Below are positions 9,429 through 19,400 of a DNA stretch of 64,000 bases, piece after piece. Below the pieces are notes generated by a model that ran no database searches, was not told where the DNA came from, and was given only the letters and a program-made list of their open reading frames with translations. Origin of the DNA: a virus. The position numbers and the translations under genes are program-made. Location: positions 32,001 through 96,000 of the IMG/VR virus record IMGVR_UViG_3300022903_000002. The stretch is one strand, 5' to 3'. The first letter of the stretch is position 1, and every line of letters begins with the position of its first letter.

Positions 9429-10201
9429 CAAGTCGGCATGCCGCTGACCAGTATCGCCGACAGCAGGTGTTGATCTCAGCGACTCTGAGCCGCGACGTCG
9501 TCCGCCTGTTGAAGAACCTGTTCAACCCTGCGAACCCTGGCCCGTCTTGGGCTGCAGCACGTTCGGTTGTCGCGGCGCTGGTTCGCGATCAGCGGCGCAG
9601 GTCAGCGGATCTCGCGGCACGGTTCTATCGAGATGCTCGGCTCTCAGCGGGTGTATCCGGCGGGTTCACACCGGCGGCACCGCTTGAGCTTGACGAGGAG
9701 CGGCTGGTCAAGTCGCTCGACGCGACCGGGATCGGGGCGTTCCAGAAGTCGCTGCGGGCTGGTGCCTCGCCGGATCGGGCGGTGGACAGATCCGCGGTGA
9801 CGTTGTCCGGTAGCGCGTCGAATCTCGCTCTCGAGGGGGGCCGGTCGGTTGTCGACCTGAGTGTCCAGGCTGACGACGAGGCGATCGGGTGGGCGCGCGT
9901 CACGGACGCTGATCCGTGCCCGTGGTGCCTGATGATGGCTTCCCGCGGCGCCATCTACCGTTCGGCGGGATCCGCTGGCGGGGCGAAGAGCTCCCGCTTC
10001 ATCGGCGATGGTGACTTCAAGTGGCACAACCATTGCGGGTGCGTCGCTGTCGCCGTGTGGCACGACGATGATCCGGTGTTGAAGACCGCCGACGACCTGT
10101 ACGACCAGTGGCTGCAGGTCACTGCCGGGCATTCCGGGCGGGACGCGGTCAACATCTGGCGTCGCTACTGGGAGAACCGCGACGACCAGCCGGCCCCATA
10201 G
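9425..10201 (+). CDS. MuF-like minor head/capsid maturation protein
   Basis: WARV...CPWCLMMASRG...WHNHCGC. Confidence 0.8.
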   Translation: MTSRHAADQYRRQQVLISATLSRDVVRLLKNLFNPANPGPSWAAARSVVAALVRDQRRRSADLAARFYRDARLSAGVSGGFTPAAPLELDEERLVKSLDATGIGAFQKSLRAGASPDRAVDRSAVTLSGSASNLALEGGRSVVDLSVQADDEAIGWARVTDADPCPWCLMMASRGAIYRSAGSAGGAKSSRFIGDGDFKWHNHCGCVAVAVWHDDDPVLKTADDLYDQWLQVTAGHSGRDAVNIWRRYWENRDDQPAP

Positions 10202-10217
10202 CCGTCGCTCCTTAGAC

Positions 10218-10243
10218 CAGGCGCCTTCACGGGCGCCTTTTTC
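10218..10243 (+). terminator. Rho-independent terminator
   Basis: AGGCGCC-TTCACG-GGCGCCT followed by a T-run. Confidence 0.65.
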
Positions 10244-10322
10244 ATGCCCGCAGCCAATGAGGTGACGGGCTGACCTGCCACGCCTACGCGATGTGGGTGT
10301 GGCTGACCGGAAGAAGAAAACG

Positions 10323-10955
10323 ATGAGCCAGGACGCGACGTCCGACGCATCTGAAAACACCACCACTGCCTCGGCGACCGAGGCCGATGACACCACCCAG
10401 ACCGAGCAGGTAGCCGGAAGCGCCGTCCAGAACGATCAGCAGAGCGATGGCAAGGGCGAGCAGCCCGCCAAGAGCAAGTCCGGCACGGATGAGGACAAGC
10501 TCGGCGATGGCGGGAAGCGGGCTCTACAGGAAGAGCGGAAGGCTCGGCGCGACGCCGAGAAGAACCTCACCGCACTTCAGGCACGTCTGCAGGAGTTCGA
10601 GGACCGCGACAAGACCGAACTGCAGAAGGCCATCGAACGTGCTGAGGCGGCCGAGAAGGGCGCTTCGAGCATGCGGGTGACGAACACCCGCCTGATGGCC
10701 GCAGCTACGCACAACATCCCGGCGAACCTGATCGAGTTGCTTGGCGACGGCACCGACGAGGAGATCGACGCGAAGGCGGCGTCCCTTGCTGCGGCTCTCG
10801 CGTCTGCCGCACCGCCTCCCACTCCGGCCGAGCCGGAGAAGAAGGCACCCGCACAGACGCGCCCTGTCGAGTCCCTCACTGCCGGTGCACAGCCCGCGGG
10901 CGAGACGCCCACTGACATGAACACGATTCTGCGGCAGATGGCTGGCCGCGGCTAA
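10323..10955 (+). CDS. capsid scaffolding protein
   Basis: Acidic N-terminus, LGDGGKRALQEERKARR coiled coil; lies before the capsid gene. Confidence 0.8.
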   Translation: MSQDATSDASENTTTASATEADDTTQTEQVAGSAVQNDQQSDGKGEQPAKSKSGTDEDKLGDGGKRALQEERKARRDAEKNLTALQARLQEFEDRDKTELQKAIERAEAAEKGASSMRVTNTRLMAAATHNIPANLIELLGDGTDEEIDAKAASLAAALASAAPPPTPAEPEKKAPAQTRPVESLTAGAQPAGETPTDMNTILRQMAGRG

Positions 10956-11029
10956 CCCCCTGATTGATCGCAGCAACCGGACCGTTGGCACGGGCCGGGG
11001 CCGCTGCATGCCTGAAAGGAAGTCCCCCC

Positions 11030-11998
11030 GTGCCGACCTACAACTCTGGTATCACTCGGGATGGCAGCGACGACCCGCTGATCCCCGTCCCGGTCTCCAA
11101 CCAGATCATCCAGGAGATGCCGACGAGCAGCTTCATGCTGCAGCGCGCCGGCCGCGTCCAGATGTCCACGAAGTCCCAGCGTCAGCCGGTCCTGGACGTT
11201 CTGCCGATGGCCTACTGGGTCTCCGGTGACACCGGGATGAAGCAGACCTCGGCCGTGGACTGGAAAAACGTGTCGCTGGTCGCTGAGGAGCTCGCGGTCA
11301 TCGTCCCGATCCCCGAGTCGTACCTCGACGACGCGCAGGTCCCCCTGTGGGACGAGGTCCGGCCGCGGATCGTAGAGGCGTTCGGCGCGAAGATCGACGG
11401 AGCCGCGATGTTCGGTCTCGATAAGCCGTCCTCGTGGCCCGCCGCGATCTACCAGTCGGCGGTCGCCGCCGGCAACACCGTCCGGACCGGAGCGGCAGCG
11501 GACTTCGGCGTGGACGTCGCCGCGATCGGTGAGGTCGTCGCCCGCGACGGTTTCGCTGTCAACGGCTTCGCGGCCCGCCCGGGTCTGACGTGGAAGCTCG
11601 TGGCGATGCGGTCGTCGCAGGGCGTGCCGCTGTACCAGCCGAACCTGCAGGACGGCACCGGCCCCGGCCAGCTGTACGGCTACCCGGTCAGCGAGGTCAA
11701 CAACGGGTCCTGGGACTCCGACGAAGCCGAACTCATCGCCGGTGACTGGACGAAGGCGATCATCGGGATGCGGCAGGACATCACCTGGAAGATGTTCGAC
11801 CAGGGTGTCATCTCCGACGGTTCCGGTGCTGTGGTCCTGAACCTCATGCAGCAGGACTCGGTGGCGCTGCGCGTCACGATGCGCGTCGCCTACGCCACGT
11901 CGAACCCGGTCACCACCCTCAACACCACCGAGAACACCAGATTTCCCTTTGGGGTCGTACAGGCCTCGACGGCGGACAGTGTCGCGGGTTCTGCCTGA
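11030..11998 (+). CDS. major capsid protein (HK97 fold)
   Basis: GAAAGGA RBS; LIP..VSNQII, AYWV, LYGYPV, GDW...IGMRQDIT, NLMQQDSVALR. Confidence 0.92.
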   Translation: MPTYNSGITRDGSDDPLIPVPVSNQIIQEMPTSSFMLQRAGRVQMSTKSQRQPVLDVLPMAYWVSGDTGMKQTSAVDWKNVSLVAEELAVIVPIPESYLDDAQVPLWDEVRPRIVEAFGAKIDGAAMFGLDKPSSWPAAIYQSAVAAGNTVRTGAAADFGVDVAAIGEVVARDGFAVNGFAARPGLTWKLVAMRSSQGVPLYQPNLQDGTGPGQLYGYPVSEVNNGSWDSDEAELIAGDWTKAIIGMRQDITWKMFDQGVISDGSGAVVLNLMQQDSVALRVTMRVAYATSNPVTTLNTTENTRFPFGVVQASTADSVAGSA

Positions 11999-12065
11999 TC
12001 CGTGTTGGTCGGGCGTCGTGGCTGCTGCGCGCTGGCTGCGGCGCCTGACCTTTCGGAGGTGACTG

Positions 12066-13052
12066 ATGCGGATCCTGGCGATGGTCGCGGCGTATCCACC
12101 TGACCGCTGTGTGGGCTCGTGGATCATGACGCATGCGCTGCTGCGGGCACTCGTCGCCCGCGGCCATCAGGCGGATGTGGTGCTCACGGCGGCGTCAGGG
12201 GCTCCGTATGCCCTCGACGGTGTGAACGTGTGGCCGCACGTCGACAAGGGCGACCCGTTCCGGTTCATTCAGGACGCCGATGTGCTGGTCGCACATGCGG
12301 AGTCCGCAGGCCGGGCGGTGGCGCTGGGGGAGATGTGGGGTGTACCGGTCGTGAGGCTGGCACACAACACGAGCCCGACCACGGAGTCGTCGATGCGTCG
12401 CCGTGCGGCGGCGCTGACGGTCTTCAACTCCCAGCACATGGCGGACCTGTTCGCCGCGGAGGCGGGACCGTCGATCGTTGTGCGTCCACCGGTCGACCCA
12501 GCGGAGTACGCGACGACACCGGGTGATCACGTCACACTCATCAACGTCACACACGACAAGGGCGCCGAGACGTTCTACTCGCTCGCCGAACGGTTCCCCG
12601 ATGTGCCGTTCCTCGGTGTTGAGGGCGGCTACGGCGTACAGGTCACCGACGACCTGCCCAACGTCGAGATCGTCCCGCACACGCCCGCGGATCGGATGCG
12701 GAACGTCGTGTATGCCCGCACCCGGGTCCTGTTGATGCCGTCCGCTTACGAGTCGTGGGGTCGTACCGGTGTTGAAGCGATGACGAGCGGCATCCCGGTT
12801 CTCGCACATCCCGCGGCCGGCCTAAAAGAGTCACTCGGCGACGCGGGCGTGTTCGTGGACCGAGACGACATCAATGGGTGGGAGCGGGAGCTCCGGCGCC
12901 TGTTGGATGGCCGCCGGTGGCGTCATGCGTCGAAACGCGCGAAGGCGCGGGCTGTCGAGCTCGACCCGTCCCCTGACCTTGCTGTGTGGTGTGCGGAGCT
13001 CGAGACGCTGGGTGCGCAACGTGCCCGGTTCCGTCCTCTCACCCGTGCCTGA
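12066..13052 (+). CDS. GT4-family (GT-B) glycosyltransferase
   Basis: LLMPSAYESWGRTGVEAMTSGIPVL (EX7E motif); GGAGG RBS. Confidence 0.88.
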   Translation: MRILAMVAAYPPDRCVGSWIMTHALLRALVARGHQADVVLTAASGAPYALDGVNVWPHVDKGDPFRFIQDADVLVAHAESAGRAVALGEMWGVPVVRLAHNTSPTTESSMRRRAAALTVFNSQHMADLFAAEAGPSIVVRPPVDPAEYATTPGDHVTLINVTHDKGAETFYSLAERFPDVPFLGVEGGYGVQVTDDLPNVEIVPHTPADRMRNVVYARTRVLLMPSAYESWGRTGVEAMTSGIPVLAHPAAGLKESLGDAGVFVDRDDINGWERELRRLLDGRRWRHASKRAKARAVELDPSPDLAVWCAELETLGAQRARFRPLTRA

Positions 13053-13679
13053 GTGGAGGTGAGCGTGGACGCTCTCGCAACCGTCGAGGACCTCGAGGCG
13101 CGGCTCGGACGCGACCTCACCACCGAAGAAGCCGTGCGTGCCAGCGCGATGCTCGCGGACATGTCCGCGATGATCCGTTCGTACACGGGCCAGGACTTCA
13201 CGGTCACCGACGATGACCAGGTGACCTTGCGGGGGGTCGGCGGGGAGATTCGCCTGCCGCAGCGACCGGTAACAGAGGTGTCCACGGTCGTCGCGATTGG
13301 CGGCGACGGACTCCCCGATGTTCCACTGGTCGACTGGGTATGGGACGGCATCGACACCATCCGCGTCGGTGACGGCAGCTTCGTCATCAACCTGCCCGAA
13401 GTGTGGTGGGACGATGACGGATACCCGGGCACCTACCGGGTCACATACAGCCACGGATACGAGGAGACACCCGGGGACGTCCTCGCGGTCATCTGCGGGG
13501 CGATCCTGCGGGTCTTCATCAACCCGAACGGCTACCGCTCCGAGACTGTCGGGTCCTACTCGGTGACCTACGCGTCCCCTGGTGCGGGCGAAACCGTTGG
13601 TACATCCCTGACGCGGGCCGACCGGTTGGTTCTCGACCGCTACCGGCGTAAGGCCGGGACGATCAAGGTCAGGCGTTGA
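13053..13679 (+). CDS. head-tail connector/adaptor
   Basis: LATVEDLEARLGR..., NPNGYRSETVGSYSVTY. Confidence 0.8.
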   Translation: MEVSVDALATVEDLEARLGRDLTTEEAVRASAMLADMSAMIRSYTGQDFTVTDDDQVTLRGVGGEIRLPQRPVTEVSTVVAIGGDGLPDVPLVDWVWDGIDTIRVGDGSFVINLPEVWWDDDGYPGTYRVTYSHGYEETPGDVLAVICGAILRVFINPNGYRSETVGSYSVTYASPGAGETVGTSLTRADRLVLDRYRRKAGTIKVRR

Positions 13680-13993
13680 TGCTCGGCCCACACACCGTCA
13701 CCGTCATCCAGCCCGCGAGCCGGGACAACTGGGGTGACACCCAGACTGGCGACACCGAGACCAACGTGCCGGGGTGTTTCTGGCAGCCGCGCTCCACCTC
13801 GGAACGGACGACCGGCCAGGACACCGTGATGATCAACCCGTGGGTGTCGATGCCACCGTCAGCACCAATCGCAGCGACGAGCCGCGTCCGGTTCGACGGC
13901 GTCACCTACGAGGTCGTCGGCGAACCCGCCCTGCACCACACACCCAGAGGACCGCACCACTTCGAGGTGGAGCTGAACGAGGTCAAGGGGTGA
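13679..13993 (+). CDS. head-tail stopper
   Basis: Position; YEVVGEP, HHFEVEL. Confidence 0.75.
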   Translation: MLGPHTVTVIQPASRDNWGDTQTGDTETNVPGCFWQPRSTSERTTGQDTVMINPWVSMPPSAPIAATSRVRFDGVTYEVVGEPALHHTPRGPHHFEVELNEVKG

Positions 13994-13996
13994 GCT

Positions 13997-14293
13997 ATGG
14001 CCCGGGAAATCTCCTACACGCCTGATTACAAGGGCACGGGCAAGCTGATGCGCGGTAAGGAGATGGAGGCCTTCATGCGCCTCAAAGCGCAGGAAGGCAA
14101 GCAGTACGCCGAGGTGATCGCACCGCGCGAAACAGGCGAGTACGCGTCGGCTTTCCGTGTCGCCTCGACCCGCTCCGGCGACCGCGCTACCGCCTACCTG
14201 TACAACGACTCTGATCACGCGTACCTCGTCGAGTACGTCGATGACTACCGAACCCTCGGCGTCGTCGCGGACATCATCGAGAACGGTCTGTGA
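13997..14293 (+). CDS. neck protein (HK97 gp10-like)
   Basis: IAPRETGEYASAF, HAYLVEY; position. Confidence 0.7.
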   Translation: MAREISYTPDYKGTGKLMRGKEMEAFMRLKAQEGKQYAEVIAPRETGEYASAFRVASTRSGDRATAYLYNDSDHAYLVEYVDDYRTLGVVADIIENGL

Positions 14294-14673
14294 TGACCGT
14301 CCTCGCACCGTTCCCGGACGTGGAACGCGCGGTTGGCGACCTCGTAACCGGCCTCGGAACGGCAGGGTCGGAAACGAACATCACCCTGCAGTCCACGCTT
14401 CCGTACATCCGGATCCGCCGCCTTGGCGGTTCCGATGACCGCGTCACCGACGCCGCCCGCGTGGACGTGCACGTGTACGACACGAATGCCACGTCGGCGA
14501 AAGAGATCTCCGAGCAGATCCGGCAGCGGCTGATCTCAGGGCCATCTATGACCGCCCATGGCGTCATCGACCGGGCCTGGACCGAGATCGGCCCGCAGAC
14601 GATCCCAGCCGATGACACCGCGGATATCCGTCAGGTCGTCGCCACTTACCGCATTTCGATGCGCCGCCGCTGA
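14293..14673 (+). CDS. tail terminator protein
   Basis: FPDVE, LPYIRIRRLGG, RVDVHVY. Confidence 0.8.
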   Translation: MTVLAPFPDVERAVGDLVTGLGTAGSETNITLQSTLPYIRIRRLGGSDDRVTDAARVDVHVYDTNATSAKEISEQIRQRLISGPSMTAHGVIDRAWTEIGPQTIPADDTADIRQVVATYRISMRRR

Positions 14674-14752
14674 CCAGCGGCTCCTTTTTCAGGCCCGCCA
14701 GCCTGTCCCAGCCCCGCCCGCGGGGCCACCTATCCCGCAGAGGGGAACATCC

Positions 14753-15421
14753 ATGGCTGGCGTCAGCTATGACGATCTTCAACAGCGCAATGCCGCGCTG
14801 ATCTTCAAGGCCCTGCAGGGGTCCGTGTTCGTCGCCCCGTCGAGCGTCGCAGCGATCACCGCACTGACCGACACCGACAAGCTCCTCAAGGAACTCCCCG
14901 AAGGGTACGAGGACGTCGGCTGGATCAGCGACGACGGAGCCCAGTTCTCCCGCGACACCGACACTAGCGACATCACCGGCTGGGGAAGTGTGGAGCCGCT
15001 CCGCTCGGACGTCACACAGGACACCACCACGCTGCAGATGGAAGCCCTGGAGACCAAGAAGTCGACGATCGGTCTCTACACAGGCGCCGACATGGACGCG
15101 GTGACCCCGGACCCGGTCTCCGGTGAGGTCAGCATCCAGAAGCCCGCCCGGCCCGGGTTCCGCTACTACCGGGTCCTCGCTGTTGCCGTGGACCTCACCG
15201 ATGACGGCGAGTACTACGTCGCCCGGTTCCTGCCGCGGGCCCGCGTCACGGACTACGACGACCAGAACATGCAGTCCAGCGACGACTCGCCGATCACCTG
15301 GCCTGTCACGATGACGGGCTACGAGGACCCCCTTCTCGGCTACTCGGAGAACTACCTGTTCGGAGGCCCCGGCTGGGCGACGAGGCTCGCCGCGATGGGC
15401 TTCGAGCCCATCGGCTCCTGA
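14753..15421 (+). CDS. major tail (tube) protein
   Basis: AGAGGGG RBS; GYEDVGWISDDG, GWGSVEPLRSD, FGGPGW. Confidence 0.88.
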   Translation: MAGVSYDDLQQRNAALIFKALQGSVFVAPSSVAAITALTDTDKLLKELPEGYEDVGWISDDGAQFSRDTDTSDITGWGSVEPLRSDVTQDTTTLQMEALETKKSTIGLYTGADMDAVTPDPVSGEVSIQKPARPGFRYYRVLAVAVDLTDDGEYYVARFLPRARVTDYDDQNMQSSDDSPITWPVTMTGYEDPLLGYSENYLFGGPGWATRLAAMGFEPIGS

Positions 15422-15502
15422 TACGTCGCGGCGGCCGGTCTAGCTGGCGGGCCCCGGCCGCCGCGACTCCAAGGCCCGCCAGCACAAGAGAAGGGTCCGG
15501 CC

Positions 15503-15688
15503 GTGGCCGCAGCAAGCTCCCAATACCCCGTCTACGTGTCACCGGACGGCGAGAAGGAACAGTTCGCGACGTCGCCAGCCCGTGAGGTGCAACTCAGGCA
15601 TGCGGGCTGGCGGCTCAAATCCGAACCTCGCAAGAAGAAGACGCCGAGCGGTGACCTGAGCCGCTGGCAGCAACCCACCACCAACTGA
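15503..15688 (+). CDS. small hypothetical protein
   Basis: 61 aa between the tail tube and chaperone genes, with RBS. Confidence 0.55.
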   Translation: MAAASSQYPVYVSPDGEKEQFATSPAREVQLRHAGWRLKSEPRKKKTPSGDLSRWQQPTTN

Positions 15689-15703
15689 CAGAGAGGCCCG
15701 CCA

Positions 15704-15985
15704 ATGGCCGCCAAGAAGAACCAGTTCCAGCTCGCCGTCTACCGGGCGGAGGCCGTCAAGGCGCCGTTCGAGCTGATCATCGACGAGAAGACCAGCGTCA
15801 TGATCCCGCCGCCGAGTACCGATGATGTTCTCGCCGTCGCCGAGGCGGCCACTCCGCGCGAGCAGTTGCGGCTCCTCGCCGGCGACCAGTTCGGGACACT
15901 GATGGAGCACATCAGTGATGAGCCCGGCGGGATCTTGAAGCCTCTGCTGAACGATATGACCAGTCACTTCAAGCTGGGGGAATAG
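15704..15985 (+). CDS. tail assembly chaperone (G)
   Basis: Ends ...KLGE* over the slippery GGGGGAA. Confidence 0.8.
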   Translation: MAAKKNQFQLAVYRAEAVKAPFELIIDEKTSVMIPPPSTDDVLAVAEAATPREQLRLLAGDQFGTLMEHISDEPGGILKPLLNDMTSHFKLGE

Positions 15986-16440
15986 CGCGCGCTGCTGGCC
16001 TGATCGACAGGTACGGCAGCGCGATCCGCGCTGACCTGCGCCGATTCTACGGCGTGGACATGCTTGATTTCTTCCGGGACAGATTGTCGGCACAAGAGAT
16101 CCTCGACTATCTCGAGCACATGCCGCGCACGTCCGCGTATCACACGGCCATTGCGGAGGACGAGGACCTTGCCGAGCAACTGGCGGGAATGCCAGATCAG
16201 AAGCCGGGACCGCCGCGGCTAGCGGAGTTTTCACCAGAGGTGCAGGTCCTTGCTGAGGTGCGGGATCTGGTGGCGACGCTCATCAACGTGCAGATCGCCC
16301 GGGCCGGCAAGAAACCATCGAAGGTGAAGCCTTACCCGCGGCCCGTATCGGCGGTTGAGCAGGTCCGCCGGCGGGAGCGGTACCGGAAGCACACGTCGCT
16401 GGTCGCACAACTCATTCCCGGGTCGGATCGACAGCGGTAG
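15976..16440 (+). CDS. tail assembly chaperone GT extension via -1 programmed frameshift
   Basis: GGGGGAA at 15976-15982; the -1 frame reads IARAAGLIDRYGSAIRADLRRFYGVD... open to 16440. Confidence 0.8.
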   Translation, partial: GGIARAAGLIDRYGSAIRADLRRFYGVDMLDFFRDRLSAQEILDYLEHMPRTSAYHTAIAEDEDLAEQLAGMPDQKPGPPRLAEFSPEVQVLAEVRDLVATLINVQIARAGKKPSKVKPYPRPVSAVEQVRRRERYRKHTSLVAQLIPGSDRQR

Positions 16441-16473
16441 CCCACGGCACGAGTCCCAGACGGGGGTGGTGTC

Positions 16474-19400
16474 GTGGCCGCTCAAGTCGGTGCTGCTTAC
16501 ATCAAGGTCGCTCCGAACCTCGCCGGTTTCCACCGCACGATCACCAAAGAGCTAAAAAGCCTCAGCCCGCAGGTCAAGAAGATCGGGTTGGGGCTCGGCC
16601 GGAACCTTGGCGACGGCATCAAGGTCGGCCTCGGCGACCCGCTTTCCGGACCGCTGGATGAGTCCACCAAGAAGCAACGGCAGAAAGGCCCCAAGCAGGG
16701 CGAAGAGGTCGCTGGGGCGTTCGCGAAGGGTTTCGAGAAGCGCCTGAAGGCAGCGTTTCAGGCCCTGCCGAAAGCCGAAATCGACGCTGATTCCTCACCC
16801 GCCGACAAGAAGATCGCGGAGCTTCGGCGACAGCTTGAGGCACTCTCCGGCAAGACCGTCGGTGTCGACATTGACGCGGGTGCGGCTCTCTCAGAGGTCG
16901 CCGCGATCCGGTCCGAGTTGGAGGCACTGGACGGCCACGAGTCGATCCAGGTCGATGTCGACGCCGCTGCGGCCCTGGCGGAGCTCACCGCGGTACAGGT
17001 CGAGGTCGATCGGGTAGATGGGCGCACAGCCCGTGTGAACGTCAACGCGGACGTGTTGCCGGCGTTGGCTGGTATCGGGCTTGTCAGCACGGCGTTGCTT
17101 GGTCTGACGGCGATTCCGATTGCGGCGACGGTCGGTGTGGGGATCCTGTCGCTGGTCGGTCCGCTTGGTGCGGCGGGAGCTGGGTTCGCTGGTCTTGCTG
17201 CGGTCGCGACTCCGTCGATCAACCGTATCGGCGAGGCGCTGAAGGTCCAGAAGCAGGCGCAGGACGCGTCGACGGGTAGTGCCGCGCAGGCCGCGGCGGC
17301 GAACAAGAAGCTCGCCGCGACGATGGCGGCTCTGTCGCCTGCTGAGCGCGACGTGCTCAAGTCGTGGAACGGGCTGCGGACGGCGTTCACGGGCTGGGCG
17401 AAGGAACTGCAGCCTGCCGTGCTCCCGCTGTTCACGCGCGGCATCAACCTGGTGAAGCAGGCTCTGCCCGGGTTGACGCCGATCGTGAAAGGCGCGGCCG
17501 GCGCGGTCAACGGTCTCCTCGGGGACGTTACCCGCGCGGCTCAGTCGCCGTTCTGGCGGCAACTACGGACGAATATCACAGGTCTGGTGCCGACGTCGAT
17601 CACGGGTTTCGGGAAGATCGCCGGGAACATCGCGACGGGTCTGGCTGGGATCGTGTCCGCGTTCTTGCCGTATGCGCCCACGATCTTGTCGTTCATCACC
17701 CGGATCACCGCGGGTTTCGCCCGTTGGGGCCAGGGGCTGGGGACCTCGAACGGCTTCGCGAAGTTTATGGCCTACGTCAAGCAGAACGCGCCGCTGATCC
17801 TCGAGACGGTCAAGCAGCTCGGCTTGTCGATCGCGCACATTGTGTCGTCGCTGGCACCACTCGGCCCGGCCGTCCTCGGCGGCTTCGGGCTGCTGCTGCG
17901 GTTTATCGGCATGCTGACGCCCGGCGAGATCCAGGCCATCGCGATCGCGTTCACGCTCCTGTCGGTGTCGATCTGGGCCGTGAATTTCGCGCTTGAAGCC
18001 AATCCGGTGGTGCTTGTCATAACGCTGATCGTCGCTCTTGTGGCGGCGGTCGTCTTGGCGTTCAACCACGTGACGTGGTTCCACAATGCGGTGGTCGCGG
18101 CGTTCAACGGCATCAAGGCCGCGGTCCTGTTCGTCTGGAATTCGGTCTTGAAGCCGACGTTCTCGGCTCTCGTGGTCGCTTTCCAAGCGATCAGCACGGT
18201 CGTGATGTGGCTGTGGCGGAACGTGATCTCCCCGGCATTCAGCGCCATCTCGCTGGCCGCACGGATCCTGTTCGCGATCGTCGCCGTTGCCGTCCTGGCG
18301 CCGCTGGTCATCGCGTTCAACATCCTCAAGGCCGTGATTCTGGCTTGGTGGCACATCGTTGTGGTGCCAGCGTTCGCGGCGGTGCAGGCGGTCATCGCGG
18401 CAGCATGGGTGGTGATCCACCCGATCCTGGCCGCGCTCGGCGTCGCGGTCCGCGCTGTTGGCGCTGCGGCGATGTGGCTGTGGCACAACGCGATCGTGCC
18501 GGCCTGGAACGGCATCAGCCTTGCAATTGCCACCGTGTACAACACGGTGATTCACCCGATCTTGAACGCGCTGAACGCGGTGCTACGGAACGTGATCGCC
18601 CCGGTTTTCCGGTGGATCTACACATCGGTGATCAAGCCGATGTTCCAGGCGGCGGGCGCTGTGATCCGTAACGTCTGGAACACCGCTATAAGTCCGGCGT
18701 TCAACGCTCTTAAGTCGGGTGTGAACGCGGTCAAGAACGCGTTCTCCACCGCTGTCTCGGCAATCGGGCGAATCTGGAAGGGCCTGGAGTCCGCCACCAA
18801 GAAACCCGTCCAATTTGTTGTCAACACGGTCTACAACAACGGCATCCGTTCCGTGTGGAACAAGGTCGCCGGCCTAGTTCACCTGCCTCAGCTGCCTGCG
18901 GCGAAGTTCGCTCAGGGCGGTATCTTCCCGGGCTACACGCCCGGCAAGGACCCGTACTCCATGCCGATGGCCGCCTTCTCTGGCGGCGAGGCCGTCATGC
19001 GGCCCGAGTTCACCCGAGCGGTCGGCCCCGGGTTCGTGTACGCGGCGAACAAGGTAGCTCGCAAGCGTGGGCCTGGCGGTGTCCGGGATTTCCTCGCGAA
19101 CGGTGAGATGAAGTTCGCGACGGGCGGGATCCTGCCCGGACGGCATGTGGCGGCATTCGCGAATGGCGGCATCATCGGAGGGATCCTCGGGGCCGTCAAG
19201 CGTGCCAGCAGTCTCGTGGTTCGCGGCGCGTCATCGGTCCTCGGCGGGGGTGCGAGCGCGTTCGCGAAGACCGTCCTCAACCCGATCCTGTCTCGGATCC
19301 CGGGGGCGGATTCGCCGTGGGCGCAGGGCATCCTGTCCCTGCCGAAACGGATGATCGATGGGTTCATCTCCTGGCTGCACACAGCCATCGATCCGAAGCT

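Noticed and set aside
6415-12127. Long minus-strand ORFs opposite terminase, portal and capsid (e.g. 6415-7341, 7597-8829, 10952-12127)
   Set aside because: Shadow ORFs typical of high-GC codon bias; no recognisable motifs
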